NCBI RefSeq assembly: GCF_046119375.1
Contig: NW_027362764.1
Location: 747,534,001-747,598,000, forward strand
Direction: 5' to 3'
Length of the DNA: 64,000 nucleotides
Source: Phyllobates terribilis
Taxonomy: Eukaryota
The position numbers and the translations under genes were made by a program. The notes beneath the pieces were generated by a model. It worked only from the letters and a program-made list of their open reading frames with translations, was not told where the DNA came from and ran no database searches. Each line of letters starts with the position of its first letter. Within the stretch, counting starts at the first letter, position 1. Of the stretch, positions 35,058 to 47,259 are shown one piece after another.

Positions 35058-36420
35058 CACTGTGTTCCAAATTATTATGCAAAAAGTGTTTAGGAGTGAT
35101 AAGGGAAGAATTTGTTTGTTTGTCAGTTAAACTTATTGATGGTCATGTGTGTCAGGGCTCTTTATATCACTGTAAGCAATTGCAGACACCTGTGCTAATT
35201 AGTTTGGCAGGTGTGTCCAATGAAAGGCAAGACTACTTAAGAAGGCTGTCTCACATTATTAAGCAGCCTACATTTTCTGCCAAAATGGGAAAGAAAAAGG
35301 ATGTGTCGGCTGCTGAGAAGCAACAAATTGTGGAGTGTTTAGGTCAAGGCATGACTACAATCAACATTGTGCGATGATCAGGATGAAGTGTCTTGGCAAT
35401 CAAGATGTATGTAACTGATTCACAGTACACACGTGTGCGTGCTGATAAGGGCAAATTGAGGACTCTTTCCTACAGGCAATTACGTCAGGTTAAAAGAGCA
35501 GCGGCAAAAAAGCCTTGTCATAGCAGCAGACAAGTTTTTGAAGCTGCTGGTGCCTCCAACGTCCCCCGAACAACAAGATGCAGGGTCCTTCAGAGGTTTG
35601 CAGCTGTGCATACGCCATCCTGTCGACCTCCTCTATCCACTTCACACAAGCAGAAACGGCTCCAGTGGGCTAAACATTACATGAAGACTGATTTCAAAAC
35701 TGTTTTGTTCACGGATGAGTGCCGTGCAGCGCTCGATGGTCCAGATGGATGGAGTGGAGGATGGCTGGTTGATGGACACCCCACGCAAACACGGCTACAG
35801 CGCCAACAAGGAGGAGGTGGAGTAATGTTTTGGGCTGGAATCATGGGGAGAGAGATTGTCGGCCCCTTTAGGATCCCTGAAGGCGCTAAAGATGAACTCC
35901 ATAATGTATGTGGATTTTCTCAAACAGCACTTCCTGCCATGGTTCAAGAAGAAGAACCGTGTATTTCACAGCAAGATCATTTTGTTGCATGATAATGCAC
36001 CATCTCATGCTGCACATAAAACATCTGCATCTCTGGCTGATATGGACATAAAAGGGGACAAACTTATGGTGTGACCTCCATGCTCCCCTGACCTCTACCC
36101 CATTCAGAACCTCTGGAGCATCATCAAAAGGAGTGTCTATGATGGCGGGAGGCAATTCACATCTAAGCAACAGCTCTGGGAGGGTATTCTGTCATCATGC
36201 AAAACAATTGAAGCAGAAACCATCCAAAACCTGACAAATTCAATGGACGAGAGAGTTCAGAAGCTCCTTTCGAACAAGGGGTCCTATGTGAAAATGTAAC
36301 ATCACCTAGAATAAAGTTTTGAGTTGAAAACTGTTTGATTTCAGTTTCTAATAACCTGCTAATGCTTATAATTTCAAAAATGACCATTTTTTTGGTCTTT
36401 ATTAAAATGAAAAGGTTGAT
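35058..36420 (+). mobile_element. DD37E (TRT-type) Tc1-superfamily element, degenerate, right end deleted
   Basis: TA|CACTGTGTTCCAAATTATTATGC; MGKKKDVSAAEK, FTDECRAALDGPDGW, HDNAPSH, then 37 residues to the (mutated) E position; frameshifts and stops. Confidence 0.8.
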
Positions 36421-36554
36421 CGAAAAGTTTGGGTGATCTAAGAGTGTGGCAACCCAGTAGTCATGATTACTTCGAATTCTGACAATATGAGGGTCATGTT
36501 GCAGGTATTGCAGCAAGAAGGCACTTATGTGTCTTGCGCATCTCGGAGCCCCAA

Positions 36555-36820
36555 AATTATTTTCCGGGCTAGATGCAGCTAAAAATTATTATTAATTTTA
36601 AATCTGGTGGAGCTTAGTATAGATGGCCTAATAGGATCAGTGCTGCACACTGCTACAAAGCCCAAATTATTTTCCAGCCAAGATACAGATAAACATGATT
36701 AGTAATTTTAAATCTGGTGGAGCTTATTATAGATGGCCTAATAGAATCAGTGCTGCACACTGCTACAAAGCCCAAATTATTTTCCAGCCAAGATACAGAT
36801 AAACATGATTAGTAATTTGA
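36555..36820. repeat. ~110-bp repeat, ~2.5 diverged copies (same family as 40680-42180)
   Basis: Shares GCTAGATGCAG, TATAGATGG.CTAATAG and CACACTGCTA..AG.CCAAAT blocks with the larger array. Confidence 0.8.
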
Positions 36821-36866
36821 AAGCTTAAAACGGTTGGTAGGGTGATTTTAACCAATCATCAAGCTT

Positions 36867-39800
36867 TTACTCTCCCCAGGATGACACAGGGGTAGAAAAG
36901 TCGTTTCGGATCCATGATTTGTTCATCTTTATGAACGTGAGTCTGTCTACATTATCAGTGGAGAGCCGCGTGCGCTTATCTGTCAGCACACCACCAGCAG
37001 CGCTGAACACACGTTCAGACAGAACGCTGGCTGCGGGGCATGACAAGATCTCCAAGGCGTAAGTGGCTAGCTCCGGCCATTTATCCAGATTGGAAGCCCA
37101 AAAAGAGCAAGGGTCCAGTGACACAGTCATGGCTTCAATGTTTACTTGGAGATACTCCTGTACCATCGTCTCTAGGCGTTGACTATGTGTCAGACTTCTT
37201 GTCTCCTGTGGCCCTTCAAAGGATGGGCTAAAAAAGTGGTGAAATGATTCCGCAAAATTGATGTTACCAGCAGATACTGTGGTTCTGTTACGGTTTGAGT
37301 GCTGAACACTTGACGGTCCCACGGTTGGCAAGTTGGAACTGTGAGATTCACTACGTGCACCACTGGTGTTTTGTGGAAAAGCACATGTAAGATTCTGCAA
37401 CAGTCTCTGCTGATACTCCTGCATGCGTGCATCCCTTTCTATGGCAGGAATAATTTCGGCAAATTTACTTTTGTACCGGGGATCTAACAGTGTGGCAACC
37501 CAGTAGTCAGGATTATTTCTAATTCTCACAATTCGAGGGTCATGTTGCAGGTAGTGCAGCAAGAAGGCACTCATGTGTGTTGCGCATCCAGGAGCACCAA
37601 GTCCCTGTTGTGTTGGTGGCGAGGTAACAATCATGCTTCCTTCCTCTGTCCTCTCCCCCCAACCTCGCACAACAGAAATGTGATCAAGGTCTCCCTCATC
37701 TGATGAGTCTTCCATCAGTTCGTCCTCCACTTCTTCCTGGGCTCCTGCACCTTCCTCACTAGTTTGGCTGCTACCATGCGCCCTGGTAAAACCATCTCCC
37801 TCACCCTCACATGCCTGCCGCCTTGGTGCTGCCGACCGTCTGGACCTTGCAGATGTTAGCCCTTCCGCATACAACTCCTCCTCCTCTACTTCCTCCACCT
37901 CCTCTTGTGCCACCACCTGACTCCGAATTCTGTTTAACATGTGCTCCAGCATGTAAATCACCGGAATAGTCATGCTGATAATGGCATCGTCAGCACTAAA
38001 CATCTTCGTCGCCATTTCAAAACTGTGCAGAAGGGTGCATAGGTCCCTGATCTGAGACCACTCCTCCAGCGTGATTTGCCCCACCTCTGGATCTCGTTGG
38101 CCCAGGCTATACGTCAGAACGTATTGCACCAGGGCTTGTCGGTGCTGCCACAGTCGCTGCAACATGTGCAGAGTTGAATTCCACCGGGTAGGCACATCGC
38201 ATTTTAGCCGGTGAAGTGGCAGGCCCAACGACTTCTGTAGAGATGTAAGTCGCTGAGCTGCGGGATGCGAACGGCGGAAGTGAGCACACAGCGACCGTGC
38301 CCTCTGCAGAAGGCCATCTAGTCTGGGATAGTGGGCTAAAAATTGCTGGACAACCAGGTTCAACACGTGAGCCATACAAGGCACGTGTGTGACATTGCCT
38401 CGGCGAAGGGCCGCACCCAGGTTTGCAGCATTGTCGCACACGGCCTTCCCTGGTTTCAGGTCCAGTGGAAACAGCCATTCATGAAATTGGTTCTCCAGAG
38501 CTGACCACAACTCCTCAGCTGTGTGACTCAGATTTCCCAGACATTTCAAAGTAAAAACCGCCTGATGACGTTGAGCCCTACTGCCAGCATAGTAAGGAGG
38601 TGTGCAGGATCCCTTCTGAGCAGTTAGAAAGCTTGTGGCATGACCAGACAGGCTTTGGGTGCAGGTGGAAGACCGAGAGGAGGTTGAGGAGGCGAAGCAG
38701 TGGAGGAACTTTGACATAAAGAGGATTGACGCACAACTCGTGGGGACGGCAAGACTTGGACAGCAGCCCCTTGTCCTGCTGTCACCATAGTTACCCAGTG
38801 CCCAGTCAGCGACATGTAACGCCCCTGTCCATGCCTACTCGTCCAAGTGTCTGTGGTGAAATGCACCCTGTCACACACAGAGTTTCTCAAAGAAGCGGTG
38901 ATGTTGTGTGCGACATGCTGGTGGAGCGCAGGCACACCTTTCTTTGAGAAGTAGTGCCGACTGGGCATCTGGTACTGGGGCACTGCGACGGACATAAGGT
39001 CTCGTAAATCCTCTGTGTCCACCAGGCGGAAAGGCAGCATTTCTGTAGCCAAGAGCTTGCAGATGGTGAAATTCAACCTCTTAGCTTTCTCACGGCTAGG
39101 AGGAAATGGTCTTTTACTTGTCCACATCTGAGGGACCGAGGGCTGGCTATTGTGCTTAGACGGGGTTGATAAGGGTGTCCCCGGCAAACTGCCGGTCTGT
39201 GAGGAAGATGCAGGCGGACATGTTAGGTTGCCTTGATCCAAAGGTGGTGCTATCGATGTCGGACAGCGCTCAACACCAGCTGGTGTTACCACCTCCAAAG
39301 AAAATGATGACCTGCCAATCACGCTGGCTGTTGCGGGTAAAGAGGTGGCAGGTCTGCGCCCCAAAACAGGTGTGACTGCTGTCCCCCCAGTCACAGAGGA
39401 TGAAGAGGCCGCGGATGCACAAGATATGGCAGACGGTGGTTGGCCCGGCCGGCTAGGCCGCATTGTAGCACACTGAGCTTCCCACTGCAACTTATGCTTC
39501 ATGTCCATGTGCCGGTTCATGCATGAAGTACTCAAACTATGTATTTTTTGGCCTCTACTTAGCTTTTGCTGACAAATGTTACAGATAACACGAGTTGGGT
39601 CATCTTTATCGATCTGAAAAAATGCCCAGGCTATGCAAGGCTTAGCACCCATGCGACCTGAAGAGCCACCACGACTTGTGGTGAGAGGCAGAGTTGTGTT
39701 TGAGGATGCAGTTGTTGACATGCTTCCAGTACTATGTCTCTGTCCAGGAAGGCGCAACCTGACCTCGTCGTCACTAGCATCTTCCTCCACCTCCTCTGCT

Positions 39801-40567
39801 GACCTCATCTCTTGGCTGACTGTGGGTTGACAGTAAGTGGGATCTCCAACCTCATCATCATCACCCTGTGCGTTATCACACCAGTCGTCCTCAGAGCCAA
39901 CCTGTTCCTGCCCTGACAAAAAACTAAAGTTGTCGCTCCAATCAGGTATTTGAGTCTTATCATCGTCTTCCTCATTGTCTCCACCAACAGGAGTTACAGT
40001 TTGGGAATGAGGGTCTACATTATGGTCAGAACCTTCTGCGTCTGGTCCTGGATCCGACTCATAAAGATTCTGGGCATCAGTGCAGATCATTTCCTCGTCT
40101 GGATTCACAGAAGCGCTGGAGTCGACCTCTGATTCCCAGGCTATAGTATGAGTAAATAGCTCTGCAGACTCAACCATCTGTTCTACCTCATACTCAGACG
40201 GGCAGCTGGAGATTTGGGAGCTGTGAGGAAGCAAGTGCGATTGGGGTGACACCTTTGAGGACTGGAGTATTTGTGATGTTGAAGTTGATGTGGAGGAGAG
40301 CCCACTTAAAGGAGCACTTGATATCCGTTGAAGCACCTGCTGTTTTTGTGCCTCATCTGGAATTTGTAGCGATTGGCGTGGCCGTAAGAAAGGGATCTTA
40401 TCACATTGTCCGCTAAAAGAAGTAGACATTTTAGTTTGGCTGGAAGATGGTCTTTCTTCTGCAGATGTTACTGTTGCTTTAACACCTACCCCACGGACAC
40501 AACCTTTTTTCCCCTTCCCAACACGCCTATTCCCCTTTCCACCAGCAGCAGGCCTTTTTCCACTCAT
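36867..40567 (-). pseudogene. hAT transposase (BED finger, DDE, dimerisation domain), one 1-bp frameshift near 38692
   Basis: ORF 38624-40567 has BED (AWAFF..CNIC..HMDMKH) and FTTDTWT. ORF 36867-38717 has CDNAAN, PCMAH, TRWNST and CPAASVLSERVFS. One added base joins the two frames. Confidence 0.9.
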
Positions 40568-40679
40568 TTTGGTGGTTAACTAATTCACAACTCTGGAGTT
40601 GTTTGCACAAAAAAACAATGGATGGGAACCGAGCAGAGCTGAGTGTCCAAACTGTGGTATTAGGCCAAAACTATTGGCT

Positions 40680-42180
40680 GGGTTAGATGCAGAAAAAAAT
40701 TATATTCGATTTGCAACCTGATGGAGGTCAGTATAGATGGACTAATAGAACAAGTCCCACACACAGCTAGAAGCCCAAATATTTTTTCAGAGCTAGATGC
40801 AGAAAAAAATTATATTCAGTTTGCAACCTGATGGAGGTCAGTATAGATGGACTAATAGAGAAAGTCCCACACACTGCTAGAAGGCCAAATATTTTTTCAG
40901 AGCTAGATGCAGACAAAAAATTATTTTGAATTTGCAACCTGATGGAGGTCAGTATAGGTGGACTAATAGAACAAGTCCCACACACTGCTAGAAGGCCAAA
41001 TATTTTTTCAGAGCTAGATGCAGAAAAAAATTATATTCAGTTTGCAACCTGATGGAGGTCAGTATAGATGGACTAATAGAACAAGTCCCACACACAGCTA
41101 GAAGCCCAAATATTTTTTCAGAGGTAGATGCAGATAAAAATTATTTTTAATTTGCAACCTGATGGAGGTCAGTATAGATGGACTAATAGAGAAAGTCCCA
41201 CACACTGCTAGAAGCCCAAATATTTTTTCAGAGGTAGATGCAGATAAAACTTATTTTTAATTTGCAACCTGATGGAGGTCAGTATAGATGGACTAATAGA
41301 GAAAGTCCCACACACTGCTAGAAGGCCAAATATTTTTTCAGAGCTAGATGCAGATAAAAATTATTTTTAATTTGCAACCTGATGGAGGTCAGTATAGATG
41401 GACTAATAGAGAAAGTCCCACACACTGCTAGAAGGCCAAATGTTTTTTCAGAGCTAGATGCAGAAAAAAATTATATTCAGTTTGCAACCTGATGGAGGTC
41501 TGTATAGATGGATTAATAGAACAAGTCCCACACACAGCTAGAAGCCCAATATTTTTTCAGAGGTAGATGCAGAAAAAAAATATATTCAGTTTGCAACCTG
41601 ATGGAGGTCTGTATAGATGGATTAATAGAACAAGTCCCACACACAGCTAGAAGCCCAATATTTTTTCAGAGGTAGATGCAGAAAAAAAATATATTCAGTT
41701 TGCAACCTGATGGAGGTCAGTATAGATGGACTAATAGAGAAAGTCCCACACACTGCTAGAAGGCCAAATATTTTTTCAGAGCTAGATGCAGATAAAAATT
41801 ATTTTTAATTTGCAACCTGATGGAGGTCAGTATAGATGGACTAATAGAGAAAGTCCCACACACTGCTAGAAGCCCAAATATTTTTTCAGAGCTAGATGCA
41901 GATAAAAATTATTTTTAATTTGCAACCTGATGGAGGTCAGTATAGATGGACTAATAGAGAAAGTCCCACACACTGCTAGAAGGCCAAATATTTTTTCAGA
42001 GCTAGATGCAGATAAAAATTATTTTCAGTTTGCAACCTGATGGAGGTCAGTATAGATGGACTAATAGAACAAGTCCCACACACTGCTAGAAGCCCAAATA
42101 TTTTTTCAGAGCTAGATGCAGAAAAAAATTATATTCAATTTGCAACCTGATGGAGGTCAGTATAGATGGACTAATAGAAT
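40680..42180. repeat. Homogeneous 110-bp tandem array, 14 copies, upstream of the hAT transposase
   Basis: TTTGCAACCTGATGG recurs at 40710, 40820, 40931 ... 42139 (period 109-111). Confidence 0.95.
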
Positions 42181-43816
42181 GATGCTATGCCCAAAAGATT
42201 TTACTTCACTAGGTGCAGTAAAAAAATTGGTTTTCTATACACAGGTGGTATATCTTGCAACACAGATAGGCTACTCCACTGACTAACACACTCTGCAATA
42301 GGCCAAAAAGGATTAGCTTTGCTAGATTCAGCCAAATGCTGTGAAAAAAACTTGCACAGCACTGGCACAGACCTGCCTGGCAAAAACTGATAGGAACTGA
42401 TGTAACCTAGTCCTGAAAAGGACTCCAATTACAATTAGTCTTTACTCCCACAACCTATCTATTTAAGAGCACAGACCTGCCTGATAAAAGTCGTAGGAAA
42501 TGCTGTAACCTAGTCCTTAAAAGGACTGCAATCACAACTATTCCCTACTCCCAAGCTATCTGTAGATTTGTGCGAAAATTGGCTTGAAATTAACAAGGTA
42601 TAGCGCACACAGCAACAGCGGTGCCGTCTAACACGCAGCTGCAGCAGTGAGAAAATGGTGGCGACGGGGAAAATGGCTTGGTCTTATAGGGCAAGGACAT
42701 GTGACATACACTGCCAATGACACATGCCCTTGCTTGTGTGAAAAAAAGCACTTCGCTCCGTGTGTGCGCTGCTGATAGGCTGACAGACTGCACCTCCCCA
42801 CTGTAAATGCGGGAAAGAGAAAAAAAAATGGAGATCTTCATTATTCCTGCAGAGATCCATCCCCTGCCCCTCCCCCCACCCCGCTGTACACCCAAACTGC
42901 GTATTAACATTAATTTTCATCATTACTGAGAAAAAATCCAGTTATGATTTTGGTGCACGAACAGTTATCGAACATAACCTCGAACAGCCGAATTTTTCTC
43001 AAATCGTTCGTGTTCGCCGAACGGCTCGAACACCGCCCAAAACAGCTCGAATTTGAGATTGGCGAACAGTTCGAGTAGAACAACGCTCATCTCTAGTAGT
43101 GAGGTTACTAATGTTATGGAAATAGCATGCCAAGTACTGTTAGAGACACTGACAATTTTTATGAGGGCTCTATTGTGGAAGGAATACTAATCAGTACTAA
43201 TCAGAAGTGACGGGGATGCCAGCAGTTAGGAGAAGGCTCGTAGTGCACTGGTCCCATGGACATTGACTATTGACTTGGCCACTGGGCCAGGGTCCTGTGG
43301 ATCTTGTTACTCAACTCTAGTTTTTACCAACATTTAAAGATAGCTTGTGGAATGTCAAGGGACTGCGACCACTTGGACCCCACCAATCCTGAGAAGAGGG
43401 CATTTAAATGCCCCGGCAGAATGGAGCTATGATTACTCATATGTGTCATCGCTCCATTCATTTTCTATGGGATTGCTGGAGATGGTTGAGTACAATATTA
43501 TACATGATTTTTCCAGTAGTCCTATAGACAATAAATGGAGCAATGATGCTCATGCAATGAAGCATTTCAGAGTCCCATTCTCGATATTGGTGGGGTTCTT
43601 AGTGGTTAGACCCCTACCGATCTGCATGTTATTACCTGTGCTGCAGACATGTGATAATGCTAAATGTTGGCAATAACTCTTTAAGGATATAATCATCAGG
43701 GTAGCAAGAATAGTACGTTTTGTGGAGCCCAACAGCTGAAGGGACCAACTTATATTATTAAAGCTGCTTTAAGGGTACTGTAAATAAAAGAAAAGAAGAA
43801 AGAAATTCATTGGAGG

Positions 43817-44128
43817 TAGTGATGATGAGTGGGCATGCTCGTTATTTGAGATTTATGCGCATGCTCGAGTGTTTTCCGAGTTTCTTCAGCGTGCTCGAAT
43901 GTTATGTTTGAGTCACTCTGTGTGCATGATTTGTGACTGTTTGACAGCTTTAATACATCTGAGGAATGCTTGTTTGTTAGGCATTCCTCACATGTATTAA
44001 AGCTGTCAAACAGTCGCAAATCATGCACACAGTGACTCAAACATAACATTCGAGCACGCTGCAAATACTCGGCGAGCACCCGAGCATGCTCGCCGAAAGG
44101 GTTAACAGAACATACTCGCTCATCACTA
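43817..44128. mobile_element. hAT MITE (312 bp)
   Basis: TAGTGATGA.../...GCTCATCACTA, perfect 8-bp TSD ATTGGAGG, internally palindromic; TIR similar to the large hAT. Confidence 0.9.
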
Positions 44129-45563
44129 ATTGGAGGGTTTATCTCATCATCATGAAAGCTTAAAATTGCAAAAACCAAGCAACTTTGTAATTTGCCTTTT
44201 ATTTCAAATTTTCTCCGTTCTTAAGAACAGAGTGATATTTTAATTCACTTGTTCGATACACAAGTTACTGGCTACCCAGAGCTGCCAGTCTCCTTTGCAA
44301 GAGCCCTATGTTTACAAACTCTTGTCTATACAGCATGTAAGCGCTGCTCTAAAGCTGTCCCGATCACTGGATCCGGTCAGCCCCATTCCCCCTGCACTAT
44401 TATGATGCTGCAAAGGCAAAACAACCTCAGCTGGCATCATGGGGGAGTGAACAGTTCTGGCTGGCGGTGTAGCCATGCCACTGGACCAAATTGTCAATCA
44501 TCTTGAAAATCCATATTGAAACAAACCCTTTAAAGGGGTATTTTTACAGTAAACGCTAAGGAATGCCAATCACCCAGCCTTGTTCAGTGATTGGTGGATG
44601 GACATAGTAACATAGTAACATAGTAACATAGTTTTTCAGGTTGAAGGAAGACTAAGTCCATCTAGTTCAACCCATAGCCTAACATGTTGATCCAGAGGAA
44701 GGCAAAAAAAACCCATGTGGCAAACACTAAGCTCCACATTGGGGAAAAAAATTCCTTCCCGACTCCATACGACAATCAGACTAGTTCCCTGGATCAACGC
44801 CCTATAAAGGAATCTAGTATATATAACCTGTAATATTATACTTTTCAAGAAAGGCATCCATGCCCTTCTTAAATGTTAGTAGTGAATCACTCATTACAAC
44901 ATCATGCGGCAGAGAGCTCCATAGTCTCACTGCTCTTACAGTAAAGAATCCCCGTCTGTGATTATGATTAAACCTTCTTTCCTCCAGACATAGAAGATGC
45001 CCCCTTGTCCCCGTCTCTGGCCTCAGAGTAAAAAAATCAGTAGAAAGGTCTTTGTACTGTCCCCTCATATACTTGTACATAGTAATAAGATCACCCCTAA
45101 GCCTTCTTTTTTCCACAGTAAATAACCCCAAGTGTAATAACCTGTCTTGGTATTGCAGACCCCCCAGTCCTCTAATAACCTTGGTCGCTCTTCTCTGCAC
45201 CCGCTCTAGTTCAGCTATGTCTTTCTTATACACCGGAGACCAGAACTGTACACAGTATTCTAAGTGTGGTCGCACTAGTGACTTGTATAGAGGTAAAATG
45301 ATGTTCTCCTCATGAGCATCTATGCCTCTTTTAATGCATCCCATTATTTTATTTGCCTTTGCAGCAGCTGCCTGACACTGGCCACTAAACGTGAGCTTGT
45401 CGTCCACAAATACACCCAGGTCTTTTTCAGTTACAGTTTTGCCCAGTGTTTTACAATTAAGCATATAATTATACATTTTATTTCCTCTGCCCAAGTGCAT
45501 TACCTTACATTTATCCCCATTAAAGCTCATTTGCCATTTATCAGCCCAAGCTTCTAGTTTACA

Positions 45564-45570
45564 TACAGTA
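45564..45570. other. Tc1/mariner excision footprint TACAGTA
   Basis: Deleting 5 bp restores ILQEDLCKLEAWADKWQMSFN in frame. TA-CAG-TA is the canonical footprint of CAG-terminated Tc1 elements. Confidence 0.75.
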
Positions 45571-47082
45571 GATCCTCCTGTAATATAAAATTGTCCTCCT
45601 CTGTATTGATTACCCTGCAGAGTTTAGTGCCATCTGCAAATAGTGAAATACTACTCTGTATGCCCCCTACAAGGTCATTAATAAATATGTTAAAAAGAAG
45701 GGGGCCCAATGCTGACCCCTGTGGTACCCCACTGTTAACTGAGACCCAGTCTGATTGTTTTCCATTAATAACCACCCTTTGTTTCCTATCACTGAGCCAA
45801 TTCTTAACCCACATACATATGTAGCACCCTGAGGATTCGGCTGCTACAGGGGTATTGCACCTCAACCCAGAGGTGTGATATTCCACTCCCGGGTAAGGAT
45901 GGAGTGTGGAACTGAGCTCAGTTAGCTGCATGCACTACACACATCCCATTTCCGAGGAACAGACCGATGGTACTCCCACTAGAGAAATGTGCAGGTACAA
46001 CAGTGTCTGTTCCTGGCTGGAGTGGGAGGGGGGTGGAACATCCCAGTAGTGTAGGGGCAGATAGGGGGAGCAGCCTGGGTAAAGCTAGGAGCTCATTGGG
46101 TGCTGGTCACCTGAGCTCACACATAGAGGGAGTATATAAGGTGGGCACCATCTTAGATCAGGGTCAGTCAGTGAGACATCAGTCTTTGCAGAGGAGTCTT
46201 TTGTAGAAGGCTGGTCAGTCTGTCAGTCTTTTGCAGAGCAGTGGAGGAAAGCAGAGGAGCAGAGCAGCCCCAAGGCCAAGAGTGAGAGAGGAGTTTGAAA
46301 GACCCAGAGGGGGAGAAAGAAGGAACTCCAAGAGCCCAAATTAGACCAGAGGGTGAAGAGTTGGCAACAGGGTACCGGATCCCAAGCTGGCAGAGGCTAC
46401 AGCACACCTTAGCCAGGAACCGGAGGTCGTGGGCAGGATTGATCTGCCACGATCACCCACTAAATCCACCCGGAAGGCAGACCACGAATAGGGTCAGGGA
46501 ACCCAGAGACAAGGGTTTACCACCAAGAGGCCCGAGGGAGCCGGACATAGGTGGATCCCTGGTGGGGAAGGCCAGAGAAGAGGACAGGACAGAAAGGGAG
46601 CTCAGAACCACGCTCCAGAACTACTTGGGGGTTGGCCGAGTCCAGGACCTGGTGGACGCAGCGCAGCTCGGGTGGTCACTCAAGGCCGGAGTGACCGGTA
46701 CAAGAACAGCAGTAAGTAAACAAACCCTGAACTGCACAGCCCGACTCTGACTCTCATTACCATCCTCACTGCACCTCCACAACCACCATCCTCTGCACCT
46801 GACCCCCTGAGGCTATACCCCTCCCGTTGGGGGTTATACTACCTGGGCTGCACAAACACCATCAGCCTCAGCGGACCCTGCTGCAGCGGCGGCCGTAGTG
46901 ACCGCAATTCAACGGGTGGCGTAGTCGACATAAAGAACTTTAGTAACATCAGTAAGGACTGCCACACACTGAGCTTGACACCCTGGGCATGGACCGGGTC
47001 ACAGCCACTCGGAGACTACAACCCCCATCTGATCCGGCTCCGGGTATCCCCAACAACACTGGCCCAGGGGGCGCGTCAACTT

Positions 47083-47100
47083 TGGCGTAGTCGGCAGGAT
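47083..47100 (+). promoter_or_regulatory. Primer-binding site for tRNA-Ser
   Basis: TGGCGTAGTCGGCAGGAT is the complement of the vertebrate tRNA-Ser(AGA/TGA) 3' end ATCCTGCCGACTACG-CCA; it lies 4 nt after the 5' LTR. Confidence 0.9.
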
Positions 47101-47259
47101 TACGTGCCCGCAACAACCGGGTACTGCGTGCCTGAAGAAAAGTTCATCGTTACCTTAAAAAGAAGTCTCCTGCCGGTTCCGGAGGGTCCCCGCCATCGGG
47201 CCCCATCACAGGTCGTTTCCCGCCGGTTGTCCGCCATTTGCAGCTTTTTCCCGCCATCC

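Larger units (their letters stand above)
32277..43095 (-). mobile_element. Large composite hAT transposon (10.8 kb)
   Basis: TIRs TAGTGTTGAGC / TAGAGATGAGC, perfect 8-bp TSD GTAGTGAG, dense GTTCG/CGAAC subterminal motifs at both ends, hAT transposase inside. Confidence 0.92.

Noticed and set aside
46975-47259. 704-aa version of the CSD ORF starting inside the LTR
   Set aside because: It starts at TTG in U5 and reads through the PBS; the first in-frame ATGs are 47260 and 47335. An extension is not excluded but is unsupported.
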